A stretch of 55,691 bases of DNA. Origin: an uncultured Methanosarcinales archaeon (lineage in GTDB: Archaea; Nanobdellota; Nanobdellia; Woesearchaeales; B54-G15). Shown piece by piece: positions 26,400 through 35,437 of this stretch (within the stretch, counting starts at the first letter, position 1; each line of letters begins with the position of its first letter). The notes under the pieces are model-generated. The model searched no databases. It was not told where the DNA came from and saw only the letters and a program-made list of their open reading frames with translations. The translations under genes and the position numbers were made by a program. Location: contig CAZFJK010000003.1 of NCBI GenBank assembly GCA_964519225.1, positions 5,061 to 60,751 on the forward strand, in the 5' to 3' direction.

Positions 26400-27302
26400 A
26401 TGTCTTTTGAGAGAATAGTAAATGACATTAAAACGATTAAAATTCAGGGTGCAGAGGCTGTGGCAAAAGCTGCAGCAAAAGCAATTCTATTATTGGCTCA
26501 AAGAAATAAAGGTATGAGAAAAGATAAATTATTAAAGGTTCTATCAAAAGGGAAAGATATTCTATTGGAAACAAGGCCAACAGAACCTTGCATGAGAAAT
26601 GTACTAAATTTTCTTTTGAATGACTTGGTTTTTGAGCACAATGTTTTTGACGCTCTTTTAGATAGGTTTGATTATATTAAGCAACACTTTAACGAGGTAA
26701 AAGAAAAGATTGCTCTTTTTGGGAGTGGGAAGATCAAGAATGGAATGGTTGTTTTTACTCACTGTCATAGTTCGAGTGTTGTTTCTGTTTTATTGAAAGC
26801 AAGGGAACAGGGAAAGGAATTTGAGGTTTTTAATACAGAGACAAGACCTCTTTTTCAGGGAAGAATAACAGCAAAAGAATTAGCAAAGGCAGGTATTAAG
26901 GTTACAATGTTCATAGATGCTGCAGCAAGAATTGCATTGAAAAAAGCTGATTTAATGTTGATTGGAGCTGATGCAATCACGGTTGAAGGAAAAGTGATTA
27001 ATAAAATAGGGAGTGAGTTATTTGCGATAATAGCAGATAGATATGATATTCCTGTTTATAGCTGTACTGATAGTTGGAAATTTGACGGAGGAAGTATTTA
27101 TGGTGTTCCGATTGAGATGGAGAAGAGGAGTGCAATAGAGGTTTGGCCTAATAAGCCTAGGAATGTGCTGATTGAAAATCCTGCTTTTGAAAAGGTTGAT
27201 TGGAAATTGATAACTGGTATTGTGTCGGAACTTGGCATTCATAGGCCAGAGGTTCTAGTTGAAGAAGTAAAGAGGGTTTATCCTTGGATTGTGAAAAGGT
27301 AA
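26400..27302 (+). CDS. eIF-2B alpha/beta/delta family protein (possible ribose-1,5-bisphosphate isomerase)
   Basis: MSFERIVNDIKTIKIQGAEAVAKAA... then ...VFTHCHSSSV...TETRP.FQGR.TAKELA..GI.VT...DAA......ADLMLIGADAI... is typical of the family. The ATG at 26400 immediately follows the upstream stop. Confidence 0.75.
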   Translation: MSFERIVNDIKTIKIQGAEAVAKAAAKAILLLAQRNKGMRKDKLLKVLSKGKDILLETRPTEPCMRNVLNFLLNDLVFEHNVFDALLDRFDYIKQHFNEVKEKIALFGSGKIKNGMVVFTHCHSSSVVSVLLKAREQGKEFEVFNTETRPLFQGRITAKELAKAGIKVTMFIDAAARIALKKADLMLIGADAITVEGKVINKIGSELFAIIADRYDIPVYSCTDSWKFDGGSIYGVPIEMEKRSAIEVWPNKPRNVLIENPAFEKVDWKLITGIVSELGIHRPEVLVEEVKRVYPWIVKR

Positions 27303-27305
27303 TCC

Positions 27306-27941
27306 TTACCTCTTTCTTTTCTTCTTAATTTGTGCGCTTTTCCTTTTTACCCTTTTTTCTTTTTTCTTTTTTGTTTTTTTAACTTTCTTTGGCTTCCTTT
27401 TCTTTATTCTTCTGAGTTTTATTCTTTCTTTCTTTTCTTCTTGTTTGATTTCTCCCTCCAACTTTTTTATTTCAGCTTCTAGTTTTTTGATCTTCTCTGT
27501 GTTGTCTTCTTGCTGAACAATGGATCCGCATTCAGGACACTTAAACTCAAAACTCATTGCATGATCAAAATCTAGCCTCACGCATTTGTTTGGACAAACA
27601 AAGAATTGGGATGATTTTTCTTGAGCGAGTTTTTCTTTTAACTCCTCAAGGCGTTTTCTTTTGAGAATCTTTGCAAGATATTTTACTCTTTTAAGATCAA
27701 AAGTCCAGTAATAAATATACCATCCCTTCTTCTTATCTTTTTTTCTGACAAAAGAAACAAGGTTTACATTGTATAATCTGTATAACATATTTCTTGCTTG
27801 GTTTATTTCGATCTTTAAAGCTTCAGCAAGCTTGAATTCGCTTACGTTTTTTTTATTCTTAAGAAGTTTGACAAGAGGGATAACATCAGCGCCGGCTGTT
27901 TCAGCAACGACTTTCTCAATGATTTTATTACTGAGGGACAT
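27306..27941 (-). CDS. tfe: Transcription factor E (TFE alpha) with a long polybasic C-terminal tail
   Basis: N-terminal winged helix (SEFKLAEALKIEINQARNMLYRLYNVNLVSF), zinc ribbon CPNKC...CPECGS, coiled coil, then about 46 aa of K/R-rich tail. Confidence 0.85.
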   Translation of the reverse strand: MSLSNKIIEKVVAETAGADVIPLVKLLKNKKNVSEFKLAEALKIEINQARNMLYRLYNVNLVSFVRKKDKKKGWYIYYWTFDLKRVKYLAKILKRKRLEELKEKLAQEKSSQFFVCPNKCVRLDFDHAMSFEFKCPECGSIVQQEDNTEKIKKLEAEIKKLEGEIKQEEKKERIKLRRIKKRKPKKVKKTKKKKEKRVKRKSAQIKKKRKR

Positions 27942-27967
27942 TTTTTAGATTTTGGATTTTAACTTAT

Positions 27968-28345
27968 TTATAACTTTTTTGTTATGAGCTTGTTTAATGG
28001 AGTTAGCTTTGTTGTTGAAAACCCTTTTGGTGTTTTTCTTAAATCTTTAATTCTCGTGTAGAACCAGCCCTCTCTCTTTTTCTTTACGGCTATAATTGGC
28101 GTTGCTTTGAAAAGTTGCGCAAATGTTACGAGATCAGAGACCTCTTTTTCTTTTAGATATTTTGTTTTTTCTTTGATTGACTTTACCTCGATAGCGTATA
28201 TTTTTGAATTTACTGAAACAATGATGTCAGGACTTGGATAGGTTGAACTTCCGCTGCCAGCAACTCTTATTGCTGGGTGTTTGTGTTGCCAGAATAAGTG
28301 GATAAGTTCTCTTTCAACGTTTGTCCCTTTTGTTTTGCTTGACAT
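27968..28345 (-). CDS. hjc: Holliday junction resolvase Hjc
   Basis: 125 aa. GTNVERELIHLFWQ...AIRVAGSGSS...PDIIVS....IYAIEVKS is the Hjc nuclease motif set (E..., D, ExK). Confidence 0.85.
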   Translation of the reverse strand: MSSKTKGTNVERELIHLFWQHKHPAIRVAGSGSSTYPSPDIIVSVNSKIYAIEVKSIKEKTKYLKEKEVSDLVTFAQLFKATPIIAVKKKREGWFYTRIKDLRKTPKGFSTTKLTPLNKLITKKL

Positions 28346-28348
28346 TTT

Positions 28349-29242
28349 TTACAGCGTTATTTTCATAAAATCTTTTGCAGCAATTGTATTTGGAAATATT
28401 TTTGATGCATCGTTTTCAAGAACAGAAATGTCTTTGTAGCGCGTTGAGAAATGTGTTAGGATAAGCTGTTTTACGTTTGCCTTTGAGGCAAGTTGTGCTG
28501 CGTCAGCTGATGTCATATGCTTGTATTCCAACGCTTTTTCTTTCATATTAGATGCGTATGTGCTGTCGCAGATTAAAACGTTAGCATTTTTAGATAAGAG
28601 CAATGCATTTTTGCATGGAACTGTGTCAGCGACATAGACTATCTTTCTTCCTTTAGTTAAATAAGTTGTTTCTTTAGGGCTGATACGCTTTCCTCGCCAT
28701 GTTATTGATTTACCAGCTTGAAGTTTTCCAAGCAAAGGCCCTTCTGGAATACCGAGTTTTTTAACAACGTCGATCTTGATTTTTCTTTTTGGTTTTTCAA
28801 TAAATGCATAACCATTGGTCGGGCAAAGGTGATCTAATGGAAGCGTTTCAATATGGTAAAGAGATGTTTCAAGTATTTTTCCTTTTGATGCCTCATGGCA
28901 TTCTATTTTTATAGCTTCGATGTTTGTGATACATGCGTGAAGGAGGTTATTTAGATATTTCTTTGTTCCTTTCGGGCCGAAGATGTGCAGAGTTTTGTTA
29001 TAGTTACTCATGGCAAGCGTTTGAATTAAGCCAAGCAATCCAATAACATGGTCGCCATGCCAATGGGAGATGAAGATTTTGTTTATTTTTGTTGGTTTAA
29101 GTTTTGCTATTTGGAGCTGTCTTTGTGTTCCTTCGCCGCAATCGAAAAGAATTATCTCATCATGGTAACGTAAAGCTATACAGCTATGGTTTCTTTCTTT
29201 TGTTGGTATTGCACAGCTTGTGCCAAGGAAAATGATTTGCAT
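28349..29242 (-). CDS. rnz: Ribonuclease Z (tRNA 3' processing)
   Basis: MQIIFLGTSCAIPTKERN...LFDCGEGTQRQL...ISHWHGDHVIGLLGLIQT: metallo-beta-lactamase HxHxDH in the RNase Z context. Confidence 0.85.
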   Translation of the reverse strand: MQIIFLGTSCAIPTKERNHSCIALRYHDEIILFDCGEGTQRQLQIAKLKPTKINKIFISHWHGDHVIGLLGLIQTLAMSNYNKTLHIFGPKGTKKYLNNLLHACITNIEAIKIECHEASKGKILETSLYHIETLPLDHLCPTNGYAFIEKPKRKIKIDVVKKLGIPEGPLLGKLQAGKSITWRGKRISPKETTYLTKGRKIVYVADTVPCKNALLLSKNANVLICDSTYASNMKEKALEYKHMTSADAAQLASKANVKQLILTHFSTRYKDISVLENDASKIFPNTIAAKDFMKITL

Positions 29243-29347
29243 ATTGTTTTAAGGACTTTATTAAGTATTTTAAGGTTTTGTTTGAAGAAGCTCGGAGAGA
29301 GCCTTCTGACGAAAAACTTAAATAAGTAGGGGGAATGTAGGAGTGTA

Positions 29348-30343
29348 ATGAAAAAAGAGGTTTTGATTTTGGTATTTCTAGTTCTATTGTTAGTTTGTGG
29401 TGGATGCAAAAAGGCAAAAGAACCTGTTGCTGTTACTGGTATAACGCCTGCTGGTGCTGTAACGGGCACAAAAGGGATAACAATGAAGTTCGCAAAAAAT
29501 CTTCCACCAAACAGGATTTATGACACGCAGCCTTTAGATATTGTTGTTGAATTGAACAATAAAGGTGCATATGATATTGCAGGACCGGCAGACTGTATGC
29601 TTCACCTTTCTGGCTATGATGAAACAATTCTGCCCGGGATTGATAAAGATCAGGACTGCGGCTTTCTTGAAGGTGTAAGCATGTATAATCCAGACGGCGG
29701 GAGTACAACAAAAGAGTTTAGAACTGATACAATATACCTGCCTGAAGGAGTAGATGTTTATGAACCGACTTTTATGTTAACAATTTGTTATAGATACAGA
29801 ACTGTTGCCAATCCGATTGTTTGTATTGATCCGAATTATTATCAAATTACACCGCAGCAGAGGGCATGCGCTGTAAAAGATGTAACACTCCCTCGAGGAC
29901 AAGGAGCGCCTGTTTCAGTAGATAGAGTTGATGTTGATATGATGCAAGGCAAGGTTAGATTTAAGATTTATGTTTCGAATAAAGGGGGAGTTGAGATTAA
30001 ACCTGAAAAGAGGGGGATTTTTAGAAAGAAAAAGATCGCTCCTAGAAGGCTTGGTGTTGTTTTGAGTCCTGATGTTGCTGTTGCGAGGTGTCCTATGGAT
30101 TTGGAATATGGGGATTATAATATTGTCAGGTATAATGTTGAGATGACTGGAAGCTATCCTATCGAATGCAAGCCACAAATCGATGGCGAATATAAACTAA
30201 GATTGATAGATAACAAGGGAGTTATTTATTGTGTTTTTCCTGTGTCTGGAAACGAAGCTTACCAGACGCCATTGAAAATAACTTTGGATTATGTTTATAT
30301 GGATGCGGTTTCAAAAAAAGTTGAAATATTAAGAACTCCATAG
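29348..30343 (+). CDS. Hypothetical lipobox-containing secreted protein (331 aa), paralogue A
   Basis: Signal MKKEVLILVFLVLLLVCGGC (lipobox-like). Blocks shared with the next gene: GAPVSVDRVDV / GAPVHVLSVRE, LTICYRYRTVANPIVCI / AEACYEYGTRAVSRICI, PLKITLDYVYMDAVSKKVEILR / PISIELTYGYKDYIDKKLIVKH. Confidence 0.7.
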   Translation: MKKEVLILVFLVLLLVCGGCKKAKEPVAVTGITPAGAVTGTKGITMKFAKNLPPNRIYDTQPLDIVVELNNKGAYDIAGPADCMLHLSGYDETILPGIDKDQDCGFLEGVSMYNPDGGSTTKEFRTDTIYLPEGVDVYEPTFMLTICYRYRTVANPIVCIDPNYYQITPQQRACAVKDVTLPRGQGAPVSVDRVDVDMMQGKVRFKIYVSNKGGVEIKPEKRGIFRKKKIAPRRLGVVLSPDVAVARCPMDLEYGDYNIVRYNVEMTGSYPIECKPQIDGEYKLRLIDNKGVIYCVFPVSGNEAYQTPLKITLDYVYMDAVSKKVEILRTP

Positions 30344-30353
30344 GAGGTGAAAA

Positions 30354-31307
30354 ATGAACAAGATGAAAAAGATCGCTTTGGTTATCTTAGCTCTGGTTGT
30401 TTTGTTTATTTTAGGATGTAAAGAAGAGGTCGTAGAAGAAAAACCAGTTGTGAGTTTTATTGGCGGAAATAAAGGTGTTGAGTTGAGCTTTTTGCCAGGG
30501 GCACCGCCTGATGTTGTTTTTGATAGGAATTTTCCATTCAGCGTTGGCATTCAAGCTGAGAACGTTGGTGAGTGGGATATAACGAATCCTAAGGATTTGA
30601 CAGTAAGGCTGATCGGGATTAATCCAGCGGATTTTGGAACAAGCTTAGAAGCGTTAGAGAAAGATAGTCCAACAGCTTTAATGGGAAAACATCTTGATCC
30701 CGCTGGGAATGTGATTAGGGGGACTTTGGTTAATATTGAATTTCCTGATCTGCAATATCAGACAGAGATCACCGGTTCTGTTGAATATGTGCTTAGGGCA
30801 GAGGCATGCTATGAATATGGAACAAGGGCTGTTTCGAGAATTTGCATTTTAGACGACTTGTTGGGTGTTACAAGAAAGCCAGGAGAAAAGCCGATATGCG
30901 AGCCTAATGAAGCTAAAGCGGTTGAGAACAGTGGAGCGCCTGTTCATGTTCTAAGCGTTAGGGAAAGTGTTGCAGGACCAGATAAGGTTAGCTTAACGAT
31001 TGAGATTGGACATGTTGGTAGCGGCAGTGTGCATCAAAGGTTTAGTGAATGTGGTAGTGAGATTGCACAAAGAGACAGGGTTTATGTAAAGATTGATACT
31101 GGCTTGCCTGGATTGAGCTGTAGTGGACTTGCTGCAGGAAATGAGGGCTATATTACATTGTATGGTGGAAAGAGAGAAATAGTTTGTATGCAGCCATTGC
31201 CAACACCGAGAGGAGATTTTGAGAAACCAATTTCGATCGAACTAACATACGGCTATAAGGATTATATAGATAAGAAATTGATTGTGAAGCACGCTGGCAG
31301 TAGTTAG
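30354..31307 (+). CDS. Hypothetical lipobox-containing secreted protein (317 aa), paralogue B
   Basis: Signal MNKMKKIALVILALVVLFILGC (canonical I-L-G-C lipobox). GGAGGTGA SD 4 nt upstream of the start. Homologous blocks with 29348..30343. Confidence 0.7.
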   Translation: MNKMKKIALVILALVVLFILGCKEEVVEEKPVVSFIGGNKGVELSFLPGAPPDVVFDRNFPFSVGIQAENVGEWDITNPKDLTVRLIGINPADFGTSLEALEKDSPTALMGKHLDPAGNVIRGTLVNIEFPDLQYQTEITGSVEYVLRAEACYEYGTRAVSRICILDDLLGVTRKPGEKPICEPNEAKAVENSGAPVHVLSVRESVAGPDKVSLTIEIGHVGSGSVHQRFSECGSEIAQRDRVYVKIDTGLPGLSCSGLAAGNEGYITLYGGKREIVCMQPLPTPRGDFEKPISIELTYGYKDYIDKKLIVKHAGSS

Positions 31308-33563
31308 TTAGTGTTTTCCAGCTAAAACGAATTGAGCAAGCAATGCTTCGAGCTGAAGGAATTCATCACTTCCTTCAGTAAGTCTGAATTCGATTTCAGC
31401 ACAGAGTTCAATTAGTTTTATTTTCTTTTCATCTTTTATTGGAAGTTGCCAAATCGTTTGATGGATCTGTTTTATCATATCTTGTCCTGAAAGACCATGT
31501 TTCAGCATTGTATCTAGGAGAAGTTTTCTTGCTGTTATGAAGTCTCCTTTGATAGCTTTTTCAAGAATTGTCTTTATTTCTGTTGGTGTTGCGTATGAAA
31601 TTATTTGATAGACATCATTTACTGTAATTTGTTTTGATAGAACTGAACAGCTTTGAAGTATGTTTGTAAGCTTTCTACAATCGCCTCCTGAAACATTGAT
31701 AAGCTCCTTTTTAGCTTGTTCATCTATTTCTAGACCTTCTTTTTGTGCGATGGTGTTGATTATTTCGTAGAGCGCCTCTTCTGGTAATGGCTTGAACCTG
31801 AATATTGCACATCTGCTTTGAATGGGATCAATGATCTTGCTTGAAAAATTGCAGCTGAGGATAAAACGGCATGTCTTTGTGAACAATTCCATTGTTCTTC
31901 GCAATGCTTGCTGTGCATCTCTTGTTAAGGCGTCACTTTCATCAAGATAGATTATCTTAAATGGTATCCCGCCAAGAGCTTTTGTTCTTGCAAAGTCTTT
32001 TACCTTATTTCTTATTATGTCTATCCCTCTTTCATCGCTATTGTGTAATAGGATAGGTGTCGAACCCCCCCAAAACATTTCAATTCCTGGCACAGAAACA
32101 TCATAGACGTACCCTTCATATTTTATTTTCTTAACACTGGTAACCATTACAACATACAGGTCGGAATGGACTAATTTTTTCAGATTTTTAACTAACCTGT
32201 TTTTATCTGATAAGTTTTTGAGAAGTTTTCTTGCTATGTTTTTCGTTATTCGTTTGGATTTTTTTGAATAAAGTGAGTGTCTGAGAAGATATGTTTCTTC
32301 CAGTCCAAATTTCTCATTTAATTTGTGGAATGGTTTTGCTGGAAGAAGTTCTGACTTTATGTAAGTAAAATCTTCATTAGGTTGTATTATCCTTACCTCA
32401 CGTCCAAATACAGAAGTTTCAAATCCAGCCAATCGTCCTAGCCATGCGGTGTCGATTAAACAATTTTTTGATGTTGAAATTATTCTTGCGACCTTACCCC
32501 ATACGCCGGTTCCGTCCCCATCAAAATAACCTCTTATGAATGCTTGTTTGATGTTATCAGCTGCCGAAAAAACGAATTCAGGTATTTTTTTATGTTTTGC
32601 AGTTTTGGAGTTACTGTCATAGAAAGCGTTTCTGAAAAATTTTGTTAGTTGTGTATTGCAGACTCTGAAATGATTTGCTGTTTCTTTGTTTCTATCAAAT
32701 CCTGATTTCGCTTTATTAATTCTGAAATTTAATCCTAGTAATGAGAACATATCTGCAAGTTTTTTTAGATACTTCCTTTCTTTTTGCCCAACTGTGAAAA
32801 TTATTTGACCTCTTGTATTCTCGTTAATTGCCGTACACCCTTCAGCTAGATAGAACCCTAACATCCACGCGAAATTTTGTGTTAAATTAATTTTGTCAAA
32901 TATTTTTTTGAGCTTTGGATTCTCTTTGATTGATGAATATTTAGTGTATTTTCTAAGATCTATTTTATTAACATTTCCTTTTAGGTGTGTCTTAAAACTT
33001 ATGAGCAGGTCTCCTTTCTTTATTTCAGACGCTTTTTTAGGAACGAACCGTCCATAATCGTCAATTACTATTAAGGAATGGTCCGGACTTGTTTTTACTG
33101 ATCCCCCCTCATAATTTATTTGTATTATTTCTCGTTTTTTATGTCTGAATATATAGCTTACTGGTTGAAAAGCAATATTAAGATCTTTGTTTATTGATAA
33201 GATCTCCAAGTCATTAACGAACACCCTATTCATGTGATGGGATTTAAAATAAATTTTGTCAAGTTCTGCGAAATTAGTCCTCTTTATTACTCCATTTTTT
33301 TTAATCATTATTGGTGTATCAGGAGTAACGCTCGCGTTCAATTCTAGCAGATATCTTCGCCAAGAATTGCCGAATAGTTTTCTTGCTATAACTAAAGCCA
33401 GAGTGGTTTTTCCAACACCTGCTGGACCTGCAAATAGCATGTGAGGGAGATTCTTTTTTTCAACGAATGCCTTTATCCTTGGAATGATATGTTCTTGACC
33501 CACAATCTGCGAGAAGTCAGTTGGTCTGTATTTTTCTGTCCAGATCATACTACCTTCTGACAT
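31308..33563 (-). CDS. rfcS: Replication factor C small subunit, interrupted by an in-frame intein
   Basis: WTEKYRP, Walker A GPAGVGKTT, Walker B IIYLDESDAL, SRC motif QSRCAIFRF. 751 aa in total, 320 aa after intein removal. Confidence 0.93.
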   Translation of the reverse strand: MSEGSMIWTEKYRPTDFSQIVGQEHIIPRIKAFVEKKNLPHMLFAGPAGVGKTTLALVIARKLFGNSWRRYLLELNASVTPDTPIMIKKNGVIKRTNFAELDKIYFKSHHMNRVFVNDLEILSINKDLNIAFQPVSYIFRHKKREIIQINYEGGSVKTSPDHSLIVIDDYGRFVPKKASEIKKGDLLISFKTHLKGNVNKIDLRKYTKYSSIKENPKLKKIFDKINLTQNFAWMLGFYLAEGCTAINENTRGQIIFTVGQKERKYLKKLADMFSLLGLNFRINKAKSGFDRNKETANHFRVCNTQLTKFFRNAFYDSNSKTAKHKKIPEFVFSAADNIKQAFIRGYFDGDGTGVWGKVARIISTSKNCLIDTAWLGRLAGFETSVFGREVRIIQPNEDFTYIKSELLPAKPFHKLNEKFGLEETYLLRHSLYSKKSKRITKNIARKLLKNLSDKNRLVKNLKKLVHSDLYVVMVTSVKKIKYEGYVYDVSVPGIEMFWGGSTPILLHNSDERGIDIIRNKVKDFARTKALGGIPFKIIYLDESDALTRDAQQALRRTMELFTKTCRFILSCNFSSKIIDPIQSRCAIFRFKPLPEEALYEIINTIAQKEGLEIDEQAKKELINVSGGDCRKLTNILQSCSVLSKQITVNDVYQIISYATPTEIKTILEKAIKGDFITARKLLLDTMLKHGLSGQDMIKQIHQTIWQLPIKDEKKIKLIELCAEIEFRLTEGSDEFLQLEALLAQFVLAGKH
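32040..33332 (-). mobile_element. RFC intein (431 aa) with a LAGLIDADG homing endonuclease domain
   Basis: The host motif LELNA|SDERGID is split. The insert begins SVTPDTPIMIKKNG (Ser1), has block B TSPDHSLI, and ends STPILLHN followed by Ser+1. LAGLIDADG motifs MLGFYLAEGCT and FIRGYFDGDGTG. Junction codons verified (AGC at 33332..33330, AAT at 32042..32040). Confidence 0.85.
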
Positions 33564-33596
33564 TTTTTCTTATTCTTTACGACTGTTGAGAATGTT

Positions 33597-33857
33597 TTAA
33601 ATAATGTCTTCTTCAGATACGACTAAAAAATCACCAGCGGCTATGACTGCTGAAAACGGAATCAGCGGGTTTCCATTTTTATCTTTTTCTAGTTCTAGTT
33701 TTTCAATGTAAGGTGTTGGATTTTTAAGCACAAGGTGGATTAATTCGCCGCTCCTCGTTTCAAATATGATGTCACCAACTTCACCATAGCGCTTTCCTGT
33801 TTTGCTAACAACAGTTTTACCAAGCAATTCTTTTGAGAGCTTTTTTTCTTCAGGCAT
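33597..33857 (-). CDS. PRC-barrel domain protein
   Basis: 86 aa. LLGKTVVSKTGKRYGEVGDIIFETRSGELIHLVL is the typical PRC-barrel core. Confidence 0.65.
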   Translation of the reverse strand: MPEEKKLSKELLGKTVVSKTGKRYGEVGDIIFETRSGELIHLVLKNPTPYIEKLELEKDKNGNPLIPFSAVIAAGDFLVVSEEDII

Positions 33858-33923
33858 TGTAAATCACACGAATAAGTGATTGGGAATATATTTAAAGTTT
33901 TCTTTGCTTTGGTGCTTTAGCTG

Positions 33924-34721
33924 TTAGATTGCTTCACAATATTCTCTAAATGAGCAATATAAACACTTTTTTGAATTTATTTTTGGTGGCGGATTTTTAG
34001 AGGATAGTAGGTCTTTTATTCTTGATATGAGGGATTTTATTTCATACGGCATAAAAGGGTTTAGGTGTAGTTTTATCTCTTGATTTCCTGAGTAGATTAT
34101 TTTTGCATAACTGACTGGTTTTTCGAAGTTTTCCCTTACAAGTAAAGCATATGCAGTTAGCTGTATTCTGTCTTGAGGCCAGATATTGTTTTTTGGCGCA
34201 AGTCCTGTTTTTAGCTCAATAGGAATGATTTTGTTTTTGTGTTCTTCTATTAAATCTACTTTTCCTTTTAGAGAAAAGGACTTTGAGCTAAGGCTGACTT
34301 CAGCCATGAAGCGAGGATATAATGCATCTATTAGAGCTTTGCCGAATAAGTTTTTTCGCATTAAGTTAGTCACGATCAAGATTCTGTTTTGAATGAATTT
34401 TTCATACGTAAGAAAGAACTGTCTTTTAATTAAGTTGGTATCTATTTGAAAATGTTTTATCTCTTTTTCTGATGCTGAGATTGTTTTTTCGATGGCGTGC
34501 TTGAGATTCTTTTTAAGAACGTCTTTTATTTTATTCATGTCTGGGCTTTTTAGCTTTTTTAATACTTTGAACTCATTTTTAAACATAAACTCTTGGGCCT
34601 GATGTTTTATCCTGCCTGCGATCATCTGCTGAGTGGGTTTTGGTTTAAAGCCAAGGACTCTTTTTAGATATAACTTTCTTTTACAATAGATAAAGCACGC
34701 TAGATCTGTTACGTTGATCAT
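33924..34721 (-). CDS. Cas4-like / RecB-family PD-(D/E)xK nuclease with a Cys cluster (stand-alone)
   Basis: 265 aa. N-terminal Cys (LACFIYCKRK), nuclease core GKVDLIEE...IPIELKTG, QLTAYALL, C-terminal CLYCSFREYC (the 1+3 Cys pattern of Cas4 Fe-S clusters). No cas genes or array nearby. Confidence 0.65.
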   Translation of the reverse strand: MINVTDLACFIYCKRKLYLKRVLGFKPKPTQQMIAGRIKHQAQEFMFKNEFKVLKKLKSPDMNKIKDVLKKNLKHAIEKTISASEKEIKHFQIDTNLIKRQFFLTYEKFIQNRILIVTNLMRKNLFGKALIDALYPRFMAEVSLSSKSFSLKGKVDLIEEHKNKIIPIELKTGLAPKNNIWPQDRIQLTAYALLVRENFEKPVSYAKIIYSGNQEIKLHLNPFMPYEIKSLISRIKDLLSSKNPPPKINSKKCLYCSFREYCEAI

Positions 34722-34818
34722 ATAGTTTTTATCTTTACTTTTTTATATAAAAGAATTAGGGATTGCTGTCCTGTGTTTTGTGGAAAATTTATTAAATTAG
34801 TTACGGTCTGTTTTTTAA

Positions 34819-35373
34819 ATGTTAAATGAAATTTGGTCTGCACTTAAAGGAATCTTTTTGAGTATAGCGAATGAACCGAGCATTCTCTGGTATATTGCTC
34901 CTATCGGTGTTTTATGGTTCATTCTTGAGATTTATTTTGGAATTTATGAAAAAGAAAAACTCGGATGGAATACTGCTTTGGGAAACGGCATTACATTGAT
35001 GTGGATTTGCGTAGAGGGTCTTAGATATTTGTTCTTGCATAAGCCAGAGCCTTTTTTTACGAGATTTTTTATCTTATGCGCTATACTGGGCTATGCGATT
35101 TTGATTATTTTCCTTTCCTTTTCACACAAACTTTCGAGTAAGCTTACTTATTTGCTCGCATCACCGACGCCGATATTCTACCTTTGCTTTATAACAACTT
35201 TATGGAGTCACGGTTTGGTTGCAATAAATAAATGGACTGTTTTGGCGATGATAGCTTTGTTTTTGATTTTGATTTTATTTTCTCTTTTGTTGAAAGCAAT
35301 TCTACCAGGAAAGAAAGCGATAACAGAATTGCCTGAGATAAGTGAGGAGTTTAAGCCGGAGGAAAAGTTATGA
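34819..35373 (+). CDS. Hypothetical polytopic membrane protein (184 aa)
   Basis: About 5 predicted TM helices and an acidic C-terminus. No motif recognised. Confidence 0.55.
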   Translation: MLNEIWSALKGIFLSIANEPSILWYIAPIGVLWFILEIYFGIYEKEKLGWNTALGNGITLMWICVEGLRYLFLHKPEPFFTRFFILCAILGYAILIIFLSFSHKLSSKLTYLLASPTPIFYLCFITTLWSHGLVAINKWTVLAMIALFLILILFSLLLKAILPGKKAITELPEISEEFKPEEKL

Positions 35374-35437
35374 ACCGCTATTCTGTCATTTTATTGATTG
35401 CCTGGTTTAAATTTACATAACAAATAGTTTAATCTAC

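Noticed and set aside
29176-29469. 97-aa and 77-aa minus-strand ORFs spanning the rnz start and the divergent promoter
   Set aside because: They overlap the canonical RNase Z N-terminus (MQIIFLGTS) and the signal peptide of the lipoprotein gene on the other strand. The sequences have no features of their own.
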